A DNA stretch of 64,000 nucleotides from an uncultured Granulicella sp. GTDB taxonomy: Bacteria; Acidobacteriota; Terriglobia; Terriglobales; Acidobacteriaceae. A program made the position numbers and the translations under genes. The notes below the pieces were generated by a model that saw nothing but the letters and a program-made list of their open reading frames with translations, was not told where the DNA came from and did no database searches. The stretch is taken from NCBI GenBank assembly GCA_903932155.1, contig CAIZFH010000285.1, forward strand, positions 1,351-65,350, in the 5' to 3' direction. Within the stretch, counting starts at the first letter, position 1. Every line of letters starts with the position of its first letter. Of this stretch, positions 45,815 through 54,800 are shown one piece after another.

Positions 45815-46690
45815 TTACAGTCCATAAACTTTAATCGCAGTTCCGCCAAATATTGCAGATTGCTCCGCCTCGCTGAATCCAGCGAAGTAGCTGTGCAGTA
45901 GCTCGAACCACCGTGCGTACTCAGTGGCCAGCAGGCAAACTGGCCAGTCCGAGCCAGCCATCAACCGCGACGGGCCAAAGGCTTCTACAACGACATCGAG
46001 ATACGGCTTCAGCGTTGCAAGAGAGCTGGCACGGACGGGGTCGGTATGCCAATCCGCCTCCATCACCATGCCGGAAAGCTTGCACCACACGTTCTCCCGC
46101 TGGCCCAGCTCGCGCATGCGCGCGGCCCAGGGCTCAAGCTGCCCCGCGGCGATCAGCGGCTTGGCAATGTGGTCCAGCACAAACGGCTGCCGCGGGTGCT
46201 CGTCCACAAAATAGATGGCGTCCTCCAGGTGGCGCTCGAAGATCAGAATCTCGTACACCAGCCCACTGTCCACCAGGGTGCGGATGCCGGAGTTGAAGTC
46301 TTCGCGCAGGATGTAGTGCTCGTCCGGCTCGTCCTGGATCACATGGCGCAGCCCCTTCAGCTTGGCGCGCCCGTCGAACTCCTCCATCACGCCGGGAAAC
46401 TCCTCGCCCGCAATCGGTGCCCAGCCGACAACGCCCCGAATCGCATCGGTTGCGTCAGCCATGTCGAGCAGCCAGCGCGTCTCGTCCAGTGTCTGGCGCG
46501 CCTGCACGGCAACGGTACCGTCGATGCACGCCGATGCCATCGCAGCCTTCAGATCGCCGGGCAGATAATCGCGACGCAGCACGGACATATCCTCGTCGAT
46601 CCAGCCATACTCCACCGCCGAGTAGCTCCAGAGGTGGTGATGCGCATCGATCGTCTCAACCTTCGCGTTCACAGCCTCATTCAAGTGCAT
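45815..46690 (-). CDS. amidohydrolase 2 family (lactonase/decarboxylase-like TIM barrel)
   Basis: IDAHHHLW metal motif near the N-terminus and GSDWPV near the C-terminus. Confidence 0.75.
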   Translation of the reverse strand: MHLNEAVNAKVETIDAHHHLWSYSAVEYGWIDEDMSVLRRDYLPGDLKAAMASACIDGTVAVQARQTLDETRWLLDMADATDAIRGVVGWAPIAGEEFPGVMEEFDGRAKLKGLRHVIQDEPDEHYILREDFNSGIRTLVDSGLVYEILIFERHLEDAIYFVDEHPRQPFVLDHIAKPLIAAGQLEPWAARMRELGQRENVWCKLSGMVMEADWHTDPVRASSLATLKPYLDVVVEAFGPSRLMAGSDWPVCLLATEYARWFELLHSYFAGFSEAEQSAIFGGTAIKVYGL

Positions 46691-46716
46691 GACTCCCGAA
46701 AACAAATCCCCACCGG

Positions 46717-46935
46717 TTACTTCTTGCTATACAGCAGGTCCTTGATCGCCTGACGCCGGGCTGCGTTGGCCTCGCGCGAACTCTTCAACTCGTCGGCGTC
46801 CCTGCGCGTTTTTCCGGAAGGGGCATCCATTTCAGGCACGCTGCACTTGGGGCAGCGATTTGCAAATCCGGGCTTGTCCGGCTTCAGCTCGAACTCCTCT
46901 TCACACACCACGCAGATTTTGATTGGGAATGACAT
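46717..46935 (-). CDS. small zinc-ribbon protein
   Basis: CVVC..(x19)..CPKC with a basic C-terminal tail. Start ATG 46935. Confidence 0.5.
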   Translation of the reverse strand: MSFPIKICVVCEEEFELKPDKPGFANRCPKCSVPEMDAPSGKTRRDADELKSSREANAARRQAIKDLLYSKK

Positions 46936-47007
46936 TTCTTTCCATAATACGACGCTCGGCATCGCATGAAAACCCATCCATACCAGCGTTGTTTCAAAGG
47001 AACTGTG

Positions 47008-48207
47008 CTATCCCATTGCGATCTCCACCAGCGCCGTGGGCGCGTCCACGGTGCGCTTTAGCTGGCCGCAGGCGGCGTAGATGTCGCGGCCACGGGGCTT
47101 GCGCGTAAACGTTGGAATACCGCCGTCGATTAGCATGCGATGAAATACAGCGACATCGGCGGGCGCAGGCTCGTTCAATTCGATGCCGGGGCCGGGGTTC
47201 CAGACGATCAGGTTCACCTTGGCCTTCATTCCGGCCAACAACTTCAGCACCTCGCGCGCGTGCTGGGGCTGATCGTTTACGCCGCCCAGCAGGACGTACT
47301 CGAAGGTCACATACTCCCGCTTGCCGAATGGGATCGTGCGCAGCGCGTCCAGTAGTGCGGCGATGTTCCATTTCTTTGTCACCGGCATGATCTGCTCACG
47401 CACCTCGTCGTTGGGTGCGTTCAGACTAAGCGCCAGCTTGGGCCGAATGGGCTCGTTCGCAAAACGCAAGATCCCAGGCAGGATTCCCGAGGTAGACACC
47501 GTCATGCGCGACTCGGGTATGCCCATGGTGCGCAGCAGATGGACGCTCTTCATGAAGGCGTCGTAGTTGAGGAAGGGTTCGCCCATACCCATAAAGACGA
47601 GGTTGATGCGCGATGGCGTCTGGACACCGCGCCCGCTGCCAATGCGCACTCGCTGACGGTTGAGCACGGCGGCCACCTGACCGGCGATCTCGCCCGCAGT
47701 GAGGTTGCGCCTCATGCCGAGCTTCGCGGTGAGGCAAAACTGGCAGTTGACCGCGCAGCCCACCTGGCTGGAAATGCAGATGGTCGCGCGCTTGTACTGC
47801 TGTTCCCTGTTGCCTGTTCCCTGTTCGCCGGCCTCTTCTTCCAACGCGGCCTGGCTGCCATCGCCGCGCTCGCCGCCGTCGCCATCGGGCATCCACACGG
47901 TCTCCACGGTCTCGCCGTCGGCCATGCGCATCAGGTATCTCTCGGTGCCGTCCACCGAGCGCGTTGCCTGGGCTATCTCCGGTAGACCCACAATGTAACC
48001 CTCGGCGACGAGTCGCTGGCGCAGGTCTTCAGGAAGTGTGGTGATCTCGTCCAGCGTCTGTAGGCGCTGCTTGTAGAGAGCGTCGGCCAACTGCATGGCG
48101 CGGTACTTAGCCAGGCCGAGCGACGCGACCACGCCGCATAGCTCATCGGGCATCAACCCGAAGAGCGGGAGCGGCTGCGTCTCAGTTGTGATGTGATCCT
48201 TCACCAT
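47008..48207 (-). CDS. rlmN: 23S rRNA/tRNA (adenine-C2)-methyltransferase RlmN (radical SAM)
   Basis: ISSQVGCAVNCQFCLT radical-SAM cluster and GMGEPFLNY. Start ATG 48207; the track extension to 48408 overlaps the upstream gene. Confidence 0.9.
   Translation of the reverse strand: MVKDHITTETQPLPLFGLMPDELCGVVASLGLAKYRAMQLADALYKQRLQTLDEITTLPEDLRQRLVAEGYIVGLPEIAQATRSVDGTERYLMRMADGETVETVWMPDGDGGERGDGSQAALEEEAGEQGTGNREQQYKRATICISSQVGCAVNCQFCLTAKLGMRRNLTAGEIAGQVAAVLNRQRVRIGSGRGVQTPSRINLVFMGMGEPFLNYDAFMKSVHLLRTMGIPESRMTVSTSGILPGILRFANEPIRPKLALSLNAPNDEVREQIMPVTKKWNIAALLDALRTIPFGKREYVTFEYVLLGGVNDQPQHAREVLKLLAGMKAKVNLIVWNPGPGIELNEPAPADVAVFHRMLIDGGIPTFTRKPRGRDIYAACGQLKRTVDAPTALVEIAMG
47800..47827 (-). 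repeat. heptad repeat (GAACAGG)x4 inside rlmN coding sequence
   Basis: Plus strand reads CTGTTCC CTGTTGC CTGTTCC CTGTTCG. Encodes part of GEQGTGNREQQ. Confidence 0.75.
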
Positions 48208-48232
48208 GGCTACACCCAGTTTACTTGCCCAG

Positions 48233-49117
48233 TCAGGGAGTATCGCCCTGGACGTAGAGCACGGGCCCGCCGGGATGGAGCTTCCGAGCCAGCTTTTCCG
48301 CATCCTTTTGACTGACCGGCTGAACACTGATGGGGGATGCCAGGTAGAAATCCATCTGCGATTCGGCCGGTAACTGGAGTACCGGCCTGGGCGCTGCCAC
48401 TGCCGCAACCGCGACTATACCGGCCCCGACTGCTGCCCCCGCCGCCATGTCCTTGGCATTACTGGCTGGCGTAGGCCCGCCCTTAGTTGCGCGGGCGCTG
48501 ACGACGCCCCCGGCGATTGCGCCAATCACAGCGCCGCCTTCGAAGTCCGTTGCGGTCGGCTTCTCCTTGCTCGTTCCCTGGGCCCTCAAGTGATATGTAA
48601 AAAGCGGATAGGTATTATCGCCGAGGGACAGTGTGTCGAGTTTGAGCATCAGTTCGGGGCTTCCAGTCATCGCCCCGGCCTTCCTGGTCTCGATTACCTC
48701 GCCGAGAATCGTTGCACCGCGCGGAATAGCCAGCTCATGGTTGACAATCACGTTCTGGCTCACCGTGAAGAACACCGGCGCGCCTGCTTTCGACTGAGAG
48801 CTGCTTAAGGGCTGGTCTGACATCACCCGTATCAATGTGTTCTCAAGGACTGTGACGTGCGTTCCAGGAGTGCCGTAGGAGAGGGTTAGCGGTTGCGATG
48901 AGGAGGAGGATGACTGCCCCTGCAAAGAATCGGGAATTTGTTCGCTAGGTTGTCCCGGGCTGGCGACCGAAGAAGATGAATTCTGCAACTCCGCCCCGCC
49001 GCCAGGAGCAGGAGCTAGAACCGGTTCCTGAGCGAAGCCGGCAACCCCACTGAAGGCGACTATAGCGACTAAGGCTCCAATATGGGCAGAAAGCTCTCTT
49101 TGTAGCCGACTGAACAT
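48233..49117 (-). CDS. hypothetical secreted protein with Ser-rich linker and glycine-zipper segment
   Basis: Signal-like N-terminus, SSSSSS tract, GGAVIGAIAGGVVSA and AAGAAVGAGIVAVAAVAA. Confidence 0.6.
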   Translation of the reverse strand: MFSRLQRELSAHIGALVAIVAFSGVAGFAQEPVLAPAPGGGAELQNSSSSVASPGQPSEQIPDSLQGQSSSSSSQPLTLSYGTPGTHVTVLENTLIRVMSDQPLSSSQSKAGAPVFFTVSQNVIVNHELAIPRGATILGEVIETRKAGAMTGSPELMLKLDTLSLGDNTYPLFTYHLRAQGTSKEKPTATDFEGGAVIGAIAGGVVSARATKGGPTPASNAKDMAAGAAVGAGIVAVAAVAAPRPVLQLPAESQMDFYLASPISVQPVSQKDAEKLARKLHPGGPVLYVQGDTP

Positions 49118-49257
49118 GCTGCATATCCCCCAATCCCTGATCCGCGTTCTTCCGTGTGAGTTCGTGGTCGTCCCTCTCCAATTAACCTATACCCCAACCA
49201 GCGGCACAGGCGTCCAACATTAAGGCACTGTGACACAATAAAGCTTCGAGGAGCCGC

Positions 49258-50571
49258 ATGTCCGCTATCCCCATCCCAACCGCCGCAAGCGAATCGCCCA
49301 CACGCAATATCCGCCGGACTGTGCTGCCGAATGGCCTGCTGGTGCTGACGGAGAGGATGCCGCAGGTGCGCTCGGTGTCGATGGGGGTATGGCTCGCCTC
49401 CGGCTCACGCGACGAGCCGCTGGAGCTGAATGGCATCTCACATTTCGTCGAGCATATGGTGTTCAAGGGAACGACCACACGGAACGCGCAGCAGTTTGCG
49501 CGCGAAGTGGATTCCATCGGCGGCAATCTGGACGCATTCACTGGAAAAGAGAATATCTGCTTTAATATCAAAGTTTTAGATGATAATATTGCACCGGCAC
49601 TTGATCTTATCTCCGACCTTGTTCTGCATCCCACTTTTACCCCGGAAGACATCGCACGCGAGCAGGGCGTGATTCTGGAGGAGATCAAAATGGACGAGGA
49701 CAGCCCCGACTACCTTGTCCACGAAACGTTTACGCAGAACTTCTGGAAGGGTGACGCGCTTGGCCGTCCAACCCTGGGTACTGTAAAGAGCGTCTCCGGC
49801 TTTACGCAGCCGGCGGTATTCGATTTTTATGCCAGCCGCTTTACGCCGTGCAACATGGTCTTCTCCGCAGCCGGACACCTGGACCATGACGATTTCGTCG
49901 CTCAGGTGGCAGAAGCTTTTAGCGGACTAGGTGCCAGCAGTGGTTCGCCGTTCGCAAAGCACCCTGCGCCCGCGACTTTTGCCAACATCACACTGAAACG
50001 TAAGAAATCGCTGGAGCAGGTGCAGCTATGCCTGGGCGTTCCAGCACCGCCGGTGGATTCGCCTACACGCTACGCGATGTATCTGCTGAACTCGATGCTG
50101 GGAAGCGGAATGAGTTCACGTCTGTTCCAGACCATTCGCGAGGACCGCGGCCTGGCCTACTCCATCTACTCGGAGGCGAGCCCATTCCGGGACACCGGAG
50201 CCCTGAGCATCTACGCCGGGACCTCGGCGGATAAGACTCTAGAGGTGATTCAGCTTACGATAGGCGAACTGCGACGTCTGAAAGAAGATACTGTACACGA
50301 GGCTGAGTTGAAGCGGGCCAAAGATCAACTCAAGAGCAACATCGTGCTTGGCCTGGAGTCGTCGTCCAGCCGCATGTCGAACCTCGCACGGCAGGAGATG
50401 TACTTTGGCCGCTTCTTCGCGGTGGACGAGATCATCGCCGAGGTGGAAGCCGTCAATGCCGTGGATGTTCAGATGCTGGCCCGCCAGCTCTTCCGCCCCG
50501 AGGCGATCGCATTGACCGTTCTCGGCAACCTTGGCAACCTGGACGTGACGCGCGAAGCACTGGCCTGTTGA
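49258..50571 (+). CDS. M16 family zinc peptidase (insulinase-like)
   Basis: GISHFVEHMVFKGT (HxxEH) motif; two-domain length of 437 aa. Confidence 0.88.
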   Translation: MSAIPIPTAASESPTRNIRRTVLPNGLLVLTERMPQVRSVSMGVWLASGSRDEPLELNGISHFVEHMVFKGTTTRNAQQFAREVDSIGGNLDAFTGKENICFNIKVLDDNIAPALDLISDLVLHPTFTPEDIAREQGVILEEIKMDEDSPDYLVHETFTQNFWKGDALGRPTLGTVKSVSGFTQPAVFDFYASRFTPCNMVFSAAGHLDHDDFVAQVAEAFSGLGASSGSPFAKHPAPATFANITLKRKKSLEQVQLCLGVPAPPVDSPTRYAMYLLNSMLGSGMSSRLFQTIREDRGLAYSIYSEASPFRDTGALSIYAGTSADKTLEVIQLTIGELRRLKEDTVHEAELKRAKDQLKSNIVLGLESSSSRMSNLARQEMYFGRFFAVDEIIAEVEAVNAVDVQMLARQLFRPEAIALTVLGNLGNLDVTREALAC

Positions 50572-50587
50572 GCCGCGCCCTGTTAGA

Positions 50588-50607
50588 GTTTCAATCGAGA
50601 TTGAAAC
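50588..50607. promoter_or_regulatory. perfect 8-bp inverted repeat GTTTCAAT-CGAG-ATTGAAAC
   Basis: Lies between the M16 stop and the pilin-like ATG (23 nt upstream of ATG 50631). No T-tract. Confidence 0.3.
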
Positions 50608-50630
50608 GCACATCTCGCAGCAGAGGAACC

Positions 50631-51164
50631 ATGAAGAACACCCAACGTACCTTGAACCAAGAACCTCGGACCTCGAACCTTGAACTGGGCTTCACATTGA
50701 TCGAACTGTTGATTGTGATGTCGATCATGCTGATCATCATGGCATTTGCCGTCCCGCAGATGCTGAAGGTGAAGAAGACGGCGGACGAGGACTCCGCCAT
50801 ACAGACCCTGCGCACCATCGGATCTGCGGAGGCCAGCTTTAACTCCGCGTATCCGGGCACGGGCTATGCCTGTCCGCTGGCTTCGCTAGGCGGCGACCCC
50901 AAGTCCGGCGCTCCGTCAGCCACGGCCGCCCAGTTGATCGATCCCGCGCTGGCCACCAGCGGACAGAAGTCGGGCTACACGTTCACCGTCACCTGCGGAA
51001 CTAAAGTCACCGTCAACAATCAGGATATGTACACCTCGTACACCCTGACCGCCGTGCCCCAGACGGTAGGCAAGACAGGCGACCGCGGCTACTGCTCCGA
51101 CGAGAACGACATCATCAAGTTCGACCCAACTGGAGCGACCAACTGCACCCAGTCGATACAGTAG
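50631..51164 (+). CDS. prepilin-type N-terminal cleavage/methylation domain protein (type IV pilin / pseudopilin-like)
   Basis: G|FTLIELLIVMSIMLIIMAFAVPQ class III signal. ATG 50631 preceded by AGAGGA. Unusually long 20-aa leader encoded by heptad repeats. Confidence 0.85.
   Translation: MKNTQRTLNQEPRTSNLELGFTLIELLIVMSIMLIIMAFAVPQMLKVKKTADEDSAIQTLRTIGSAEASFNSAYPGTGYACPLASLGGDPKSGAPSATAAQLIDPALATSGQKSGYTFTVTCGTKVTVNNQDMYTSYTLTAVPQTVGKTGDRGYCSDENDIIKFDPTGATNCTQSIQ
50645..50686 (-). repeat. six imperfect heptads (complement of GGTWCRA) inside the pilin leader-peptide coding region
   Basis: Plus strand reads ACGTACC TTGAACC AAGAACC TCGGACC TCGAACC TTGAACT. Confidence 0.8.
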
Positions 51165-51190
51165 CGCTTGAGCCTGTCATTCTGAACACA

Positions 51191-51838
51191 GTGAAGAAAT
51201 CCCGCATTTCGCGCGTACTCCCCCTGCTGCTCGTGCTCTTGTTTGCGACGCAGATGCATGCGCAGGATAAGGTGCTGATCCGCCGCGTGGACGACCACTA
51301 TAACCACCTTCACACCCTGCGCGCCCACTACACCGAGCACTATACCGGCATGGGCATGGACCGCAGCGAGAGCGGAACCGTTACCCTTAAAAAGCCCGGT
51401 CTTATGCGTTGGAGCTACGACACGCCCGCAGGCAAAATCTTTGTGCTGGACGGGAAGTACGCGTGGTTCTACTCGCCCGACGATGCGCAAATATCGCGAG
51501 CACCGGCCAAGCAACTGGACGATCTCCGTTCGCCCCTGCGCCTGCTGCTGGGACACACTCAGCTTGCCAAGGAGCTGGACCAGATAACCACTGCGCCCGA
51601 CGGCGCGAATTTCATGATCACTGGTGTGCCCAAAGGTATGGAGCAGCGCGTTCACCTTCTGACACTTATTGTCGACGCAAGCGGCGTTATCGAGCGCATG
51701 AAGCTGGAAGAAGCGGACGGCGCCACCACGGAGTTCACCTTCAGCGCCATCGAAGAGGATATCCCGCTTCCACCTTCGGAGTTCATCTTCACACCGCCTC
51801 CGGGAATCCCCGTCGTCACCGCGCAGCCCCCGATCTAG
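51191..51838 (+). CDS. lolA: outer-membrane lipoprotein carrier protein LolA-like
   Basis: Signal peptide, then GTVTLKKPGLMRWSY and GKIFVLDGKYAWFYSP LolA-type motifs. Confidence 0.75.
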   Translation: MKKSRISRVLPLLLVLLFATQMHAQDKVLIRRVDDHYNHLHTLRAHYTEHYTGMGMDRSESGTVTLKKPGLMRWSYDTPAGKIFVLDGKYAWFYSPDDAQISRAPAKQLDDLRSPLRLLLGHTQLAKELDQITTAPDGANFMITGVPKGMEQRVHLLTLIVDASGVIERMKLEEADGATTEFTFSAIEEDIPLPPSEFIFTPPPGIPVVTAQPPI

Positions 51839-51847
51839 AACAGTTGG

Positions 51848-52639
51848 TTGCAATGTAATAATGGATCTATCAAGTTAAGCGCGCGCAGATCCGTGCAGAA
51901 GAGCAGCCTTCGAGTGAGTCCCGCCATCAAGCCTAAAATCCTTAGCACCGCTGATTTCCACGCAACCGTTCATTCACTGGCACCCCAGACCGCCGTCTTT
52001 GACTGCGACGGTACATTGTGGTCGGGAGACGCCGGCACAGGCTTCATGCGCTGGAGCATCGAGACTGGGTTGCTGTCTCTTGAGGCCATCAACTGGCTCA
52101 ATGAGCGCTACCGCAGCTATCAGCGTGGCGAGGTTAATGAGATCGAAATATGCGGCGAAATGGTGCAGGTGTACCACGGGCTGCGCGAGAGCAAGGTGCG
52201 CGCCGCTGCTACCGAGTTTTTCAGTACACGCATCGAGAAAAATATATTCCCGGAGATGCTCACCCTGATCCATCAACTGCAAGCTCGCGGCTGCGATATA
52301 TGGGCCGTCAGTTCCACCTGCGACTGGGTGGTGGAAGAGGGCGCGCGCCGATTCGAGATTCCTCCAGAACGCGTTCTGACCGCGCGCGTGGCCGTAGTGG
52401 ATGGCGTAGTGACTCGCACTGTGATCGACGTTCCCACCGACGAGGCCAAGGTGACAGCCCTGGAGCGCGTGGGCATCACTCGGCCCGATGCCGTCTTCGG
52501 TAACTCCATCCACGACGTCGCGATGCTTGCCACAGCCCGCCGCGCCTTCCCCATCGACCCCACGCCGGCCCTGCTGGAGCGTTGTACATGTGAAGGATGG
52601 CCGGTATATTACCCCGAATCAGTGACTCCAAAACACTAA
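51848..52639 (+). CDS. HAD-superfamily hydrolase (subfamily IB-like)
   Basis: AVFDCDGTLW motif I and a late GNSIHD motif. Start uncertain (TTG 51848; in-frame GTGs at 51893/51914). Confidence 0.7.
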   Translation: MQCNNGSIKLSARRSVQKSSLRVSPAIKPKILSTADFHATVHSLAPQTAVFDCDGTLWSGDAGTGFMRWSIETGLLSLEAINWLNERYRSYQRGEVNEIEICGEMVQVYHGLRESKVRAAATEFFSTRIEKNIFPEMLTLIHQLQARGCDIWAVSSTCDWVVEEGARRFEIPPERVLTARVAVVDGVVTRTVIDVPTDEAKVTALERVGITRPDAVFGNSIHDVAMLATARRAFPIDPTPALLERCTCEGWPVYYPESVTPKH

Positions 52640-52642
52640 TTT

Positions 52643-53686
52643 ATGCTGCTTGAAGGACTGTACATCCCGCTGACCACCCCCTTCCATACGGATGGACGGC
52701 TTAATTTGCCCAAGCTGGCCGCTAACGTCGCGCGCTATACGAAGACTGCCGCTGCGGGAATGATTGTCCTCGGTGCGACCGGCGAACCGACTCTGTTGAG
52801 CGACGAGGAGACGCACGATGTGCTGCACGTTGTCGCACAGACCGCCGAGGCGGAGAATGTTCTTATCGTCGGCGTCTCCCGTGATAGCGTCCGCGCCACG
52901 CTCGCACTGGCCGAACTCGCCGCCGAGATGCTGTACGACTCGATCCTGGTCGGAGTGCCAACTATTCTGGCCGGCAAAGACGATAGCCGCGAGCTTCTGC
53001 TCTACTTCCAGGCTGTCGCCGACCGGACACCTCTGCCGGTCGTGCTGCTCAGCGACGCTGCGCGACGCATTCCGATAGACGCCATCGTAGAGCTTGCCGC
53101 CCATCCTCATATCCTCGGGATGATGGTCAATGCTGGCAGCCCTGCGGAGATCGAAGCCATTCTGCGTCGCACCTCCGACATCCGCCGCGAAGTGGTCGTT
53201 ACGCCTGTGTTCAGCGCTGTTACTGCGCGCATGAAGGCCGCTGCTAGCCCCCTATCGGCAACCTTCCTCTCCGCGAATTCACTTACCGTGAATCTGGCCT
53301 CATCGATCGTATCGCCGCCTTCGCCTCCAGCCCTGCGGTCGCGCACAAAATCTGTTGGCTTCCAAATCCTGACCGGCAATACCCAAGCAATCCTCGACGG
53401 TCTGCGCGCCGGTGCTTCAGGTGCCGCGCCTGCTATGGCTGCGTGTGCTCCGCAGGCTTGCTATGAGGTGCTGGCCGCATGGAAGGATAACGACCAGCCG
53501 CTGGCCGAAGAGAAGCAAGACCGCCTGCGCGTTGCCTCGCGCCTGTGCGAAGCAGGAATCGGCAATCTGAAGTATGCCTGTGAGTTAAACGGCTACTTCG
53601 GCGGCCGGCCGCGCCTGCCGCAGCTTCCGCCCACGGGCGAGCAACGCGCCGCTCTTGAGCAGTGGATGACGCTACTTCGCAACTAG
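52643..53686 (+). CDS. DapA/N-acetylneuraminate lyase family protein, apparently lacking the catalytic lysine
   Basis: LYIPLTTPF..GMIVLGATGEP matches the DHDPS N-terminus. By eye alignment to E. coli DapA, K161, Y133 and Y107 are replaced. Carries a low-complexity insert. Confidence 0.65.
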   Translation: MLLEGLYIPLTTPFHTDGRLNLPKLAANVARYTKTAAAGMIVLGATGEPTLLSDEETHDVLHVVAQTAEAENVLIVGVSRDSVRATLALAELAAEMLYDSILVGVPTILAGKDDSRELLLYFQAVADRTPLPVVLLSDAARRIPIDAIVELAAHPHILGMMVNAGSPAEIEAILRRTSDIRREVVVTPVFSAVTARMKAAASPLSATFLSANSLTVNLASSIVSPPSPPALRSRTKSVGFQILTGNTQAILDGLRAGASGAAPAMAACAPQACYEVLAAWKDNDQPLAEEKQDRLRVASRLCEAGIGNLKYACELNGYFGGRPRLPQLPPTGEQRAALEQWMTLLRN

Positions 53687-53826
53687 CAACAACCTCCCTG
53701 CGTTGCCATAACGGGAGCATTTAGAATACCCTCACCAGACAATTCATATGACGCAGGCACAAACAACGCGACGTGATTACTCCGTCGGCGCAGCTCTCGG
53801 CCTAAAAGATTAAGATAGGAGGAACC

Positions 53827-54768
53827 ATGTCCATTGAACCTGTCCGTGTCGCCCTGATCCAGATGGCCTGCGTTGCCTCCGTGGCGGAAAACCTCGACCA
53901 CGCTGCCGAGATGGTACGCCAGGCCGCACGCGATGGAGCGCAGATCGTCTGCCTGCCCGAGCTCTTCCGTGCGCAATACTTCTGCCAGCGCGAAGACCAC
54001 CGTCTATTTGCGCTGGCCGAGTCGATCCCCGGCCCTTCGACAGCACGTCTTTCCGCAGTCGTACGAGAGGCGAAAATCACGCTGATCGCCTCCCTATTCG
54101 AGCGGCGCGCGCCCGGCATCTACCACAACACGGTCGCTGTGCTCGACCACGCATCAGCCGAGCCCGACAACATCGCCGGCCTCTACCGTAAAATGCATAT
54201 CCCAGACGACCCGCTATATTACGAGAAGTTCTACTTCGCTCCCGGCGATCTGGGCTTCCGCGCCATCCCCAGCAGCCACGGTCCAATCGGAGCTTTGATC
54301 TGCTGGGACCAGTGGTTTCCAGAGGCAGCACGGCTAACCGCGCTGATGGGTGCCGAGACGATTTTCTACCCCACAGCTATCGGCTGGCACCCCAGCGAGA
54401 AGGCGGAGTTCGGCACGGCGCAGTACTCGGCATGGAAGGCCATCCAGCGCGCTCACGCCATTGCCAACGGAGTCTTCGTCTGCGCCGTCAACCGCGTGGG
54501 CCACGAGCACGGCGACGTTCTGCTGGACGGAATGGAGATTCAAGGCCCCGGCGACCACACGCCAGCGAATGGTATCGAATTCTGGGGCGGCAGTTTCATC
54601 TGCGACCCCTTCGGGCGCATTCTGGCGCAGGCATCTCATAACCAGGAAGAGATTCTAACCGCTACGCTCGACTCCGCGCTTGTGGAGACCACGCGCCAGC
54701 ACTGGCCGTTCTTACGCGACCGCCGCATCGACGCCTACGCCAACATCACCCGTAGGATGCTGGATTGA
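53827..54768 (+). CDS. aguB: N-carbamoylputrescine amidase (carbon-nitrogen hydrolase family)
   Basis: [25 protein letters not shown] and [12 protein letters not shown] motifs. Strong SD TAGGAGGA. Confidence 0.85.
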   Translation: MSIEPVRVALIQMACVASVAENLDHAAEMVRQAARDGAQIVCLPELFRAQYFCQREDHRLFALAESIPGPSTARLSAVVREAKITLIASLFERRAPGIYHNTVAVLDHASAEPDNIAGLYRKMHIPDDPLYYEKFYFAPGDLGFRAIPSSHGPIGALICWDQWFPEAARLTALMGAETIFYPTAIGWHPSEKAEFGTAQYSAWKAIQRAHAIANGVFVCAVNRVGHEHGDVLLDGMEIQGPGDHTPANGIEFWGGSFICDPFGRILAQASHNQEEILTATLDSALVETTRQHWPFLRDRRIDAYANITRRMLD

Positions 54769-54800
54769 TTGCAAACCAAGAATCGCGAGTTGAGGACGAG

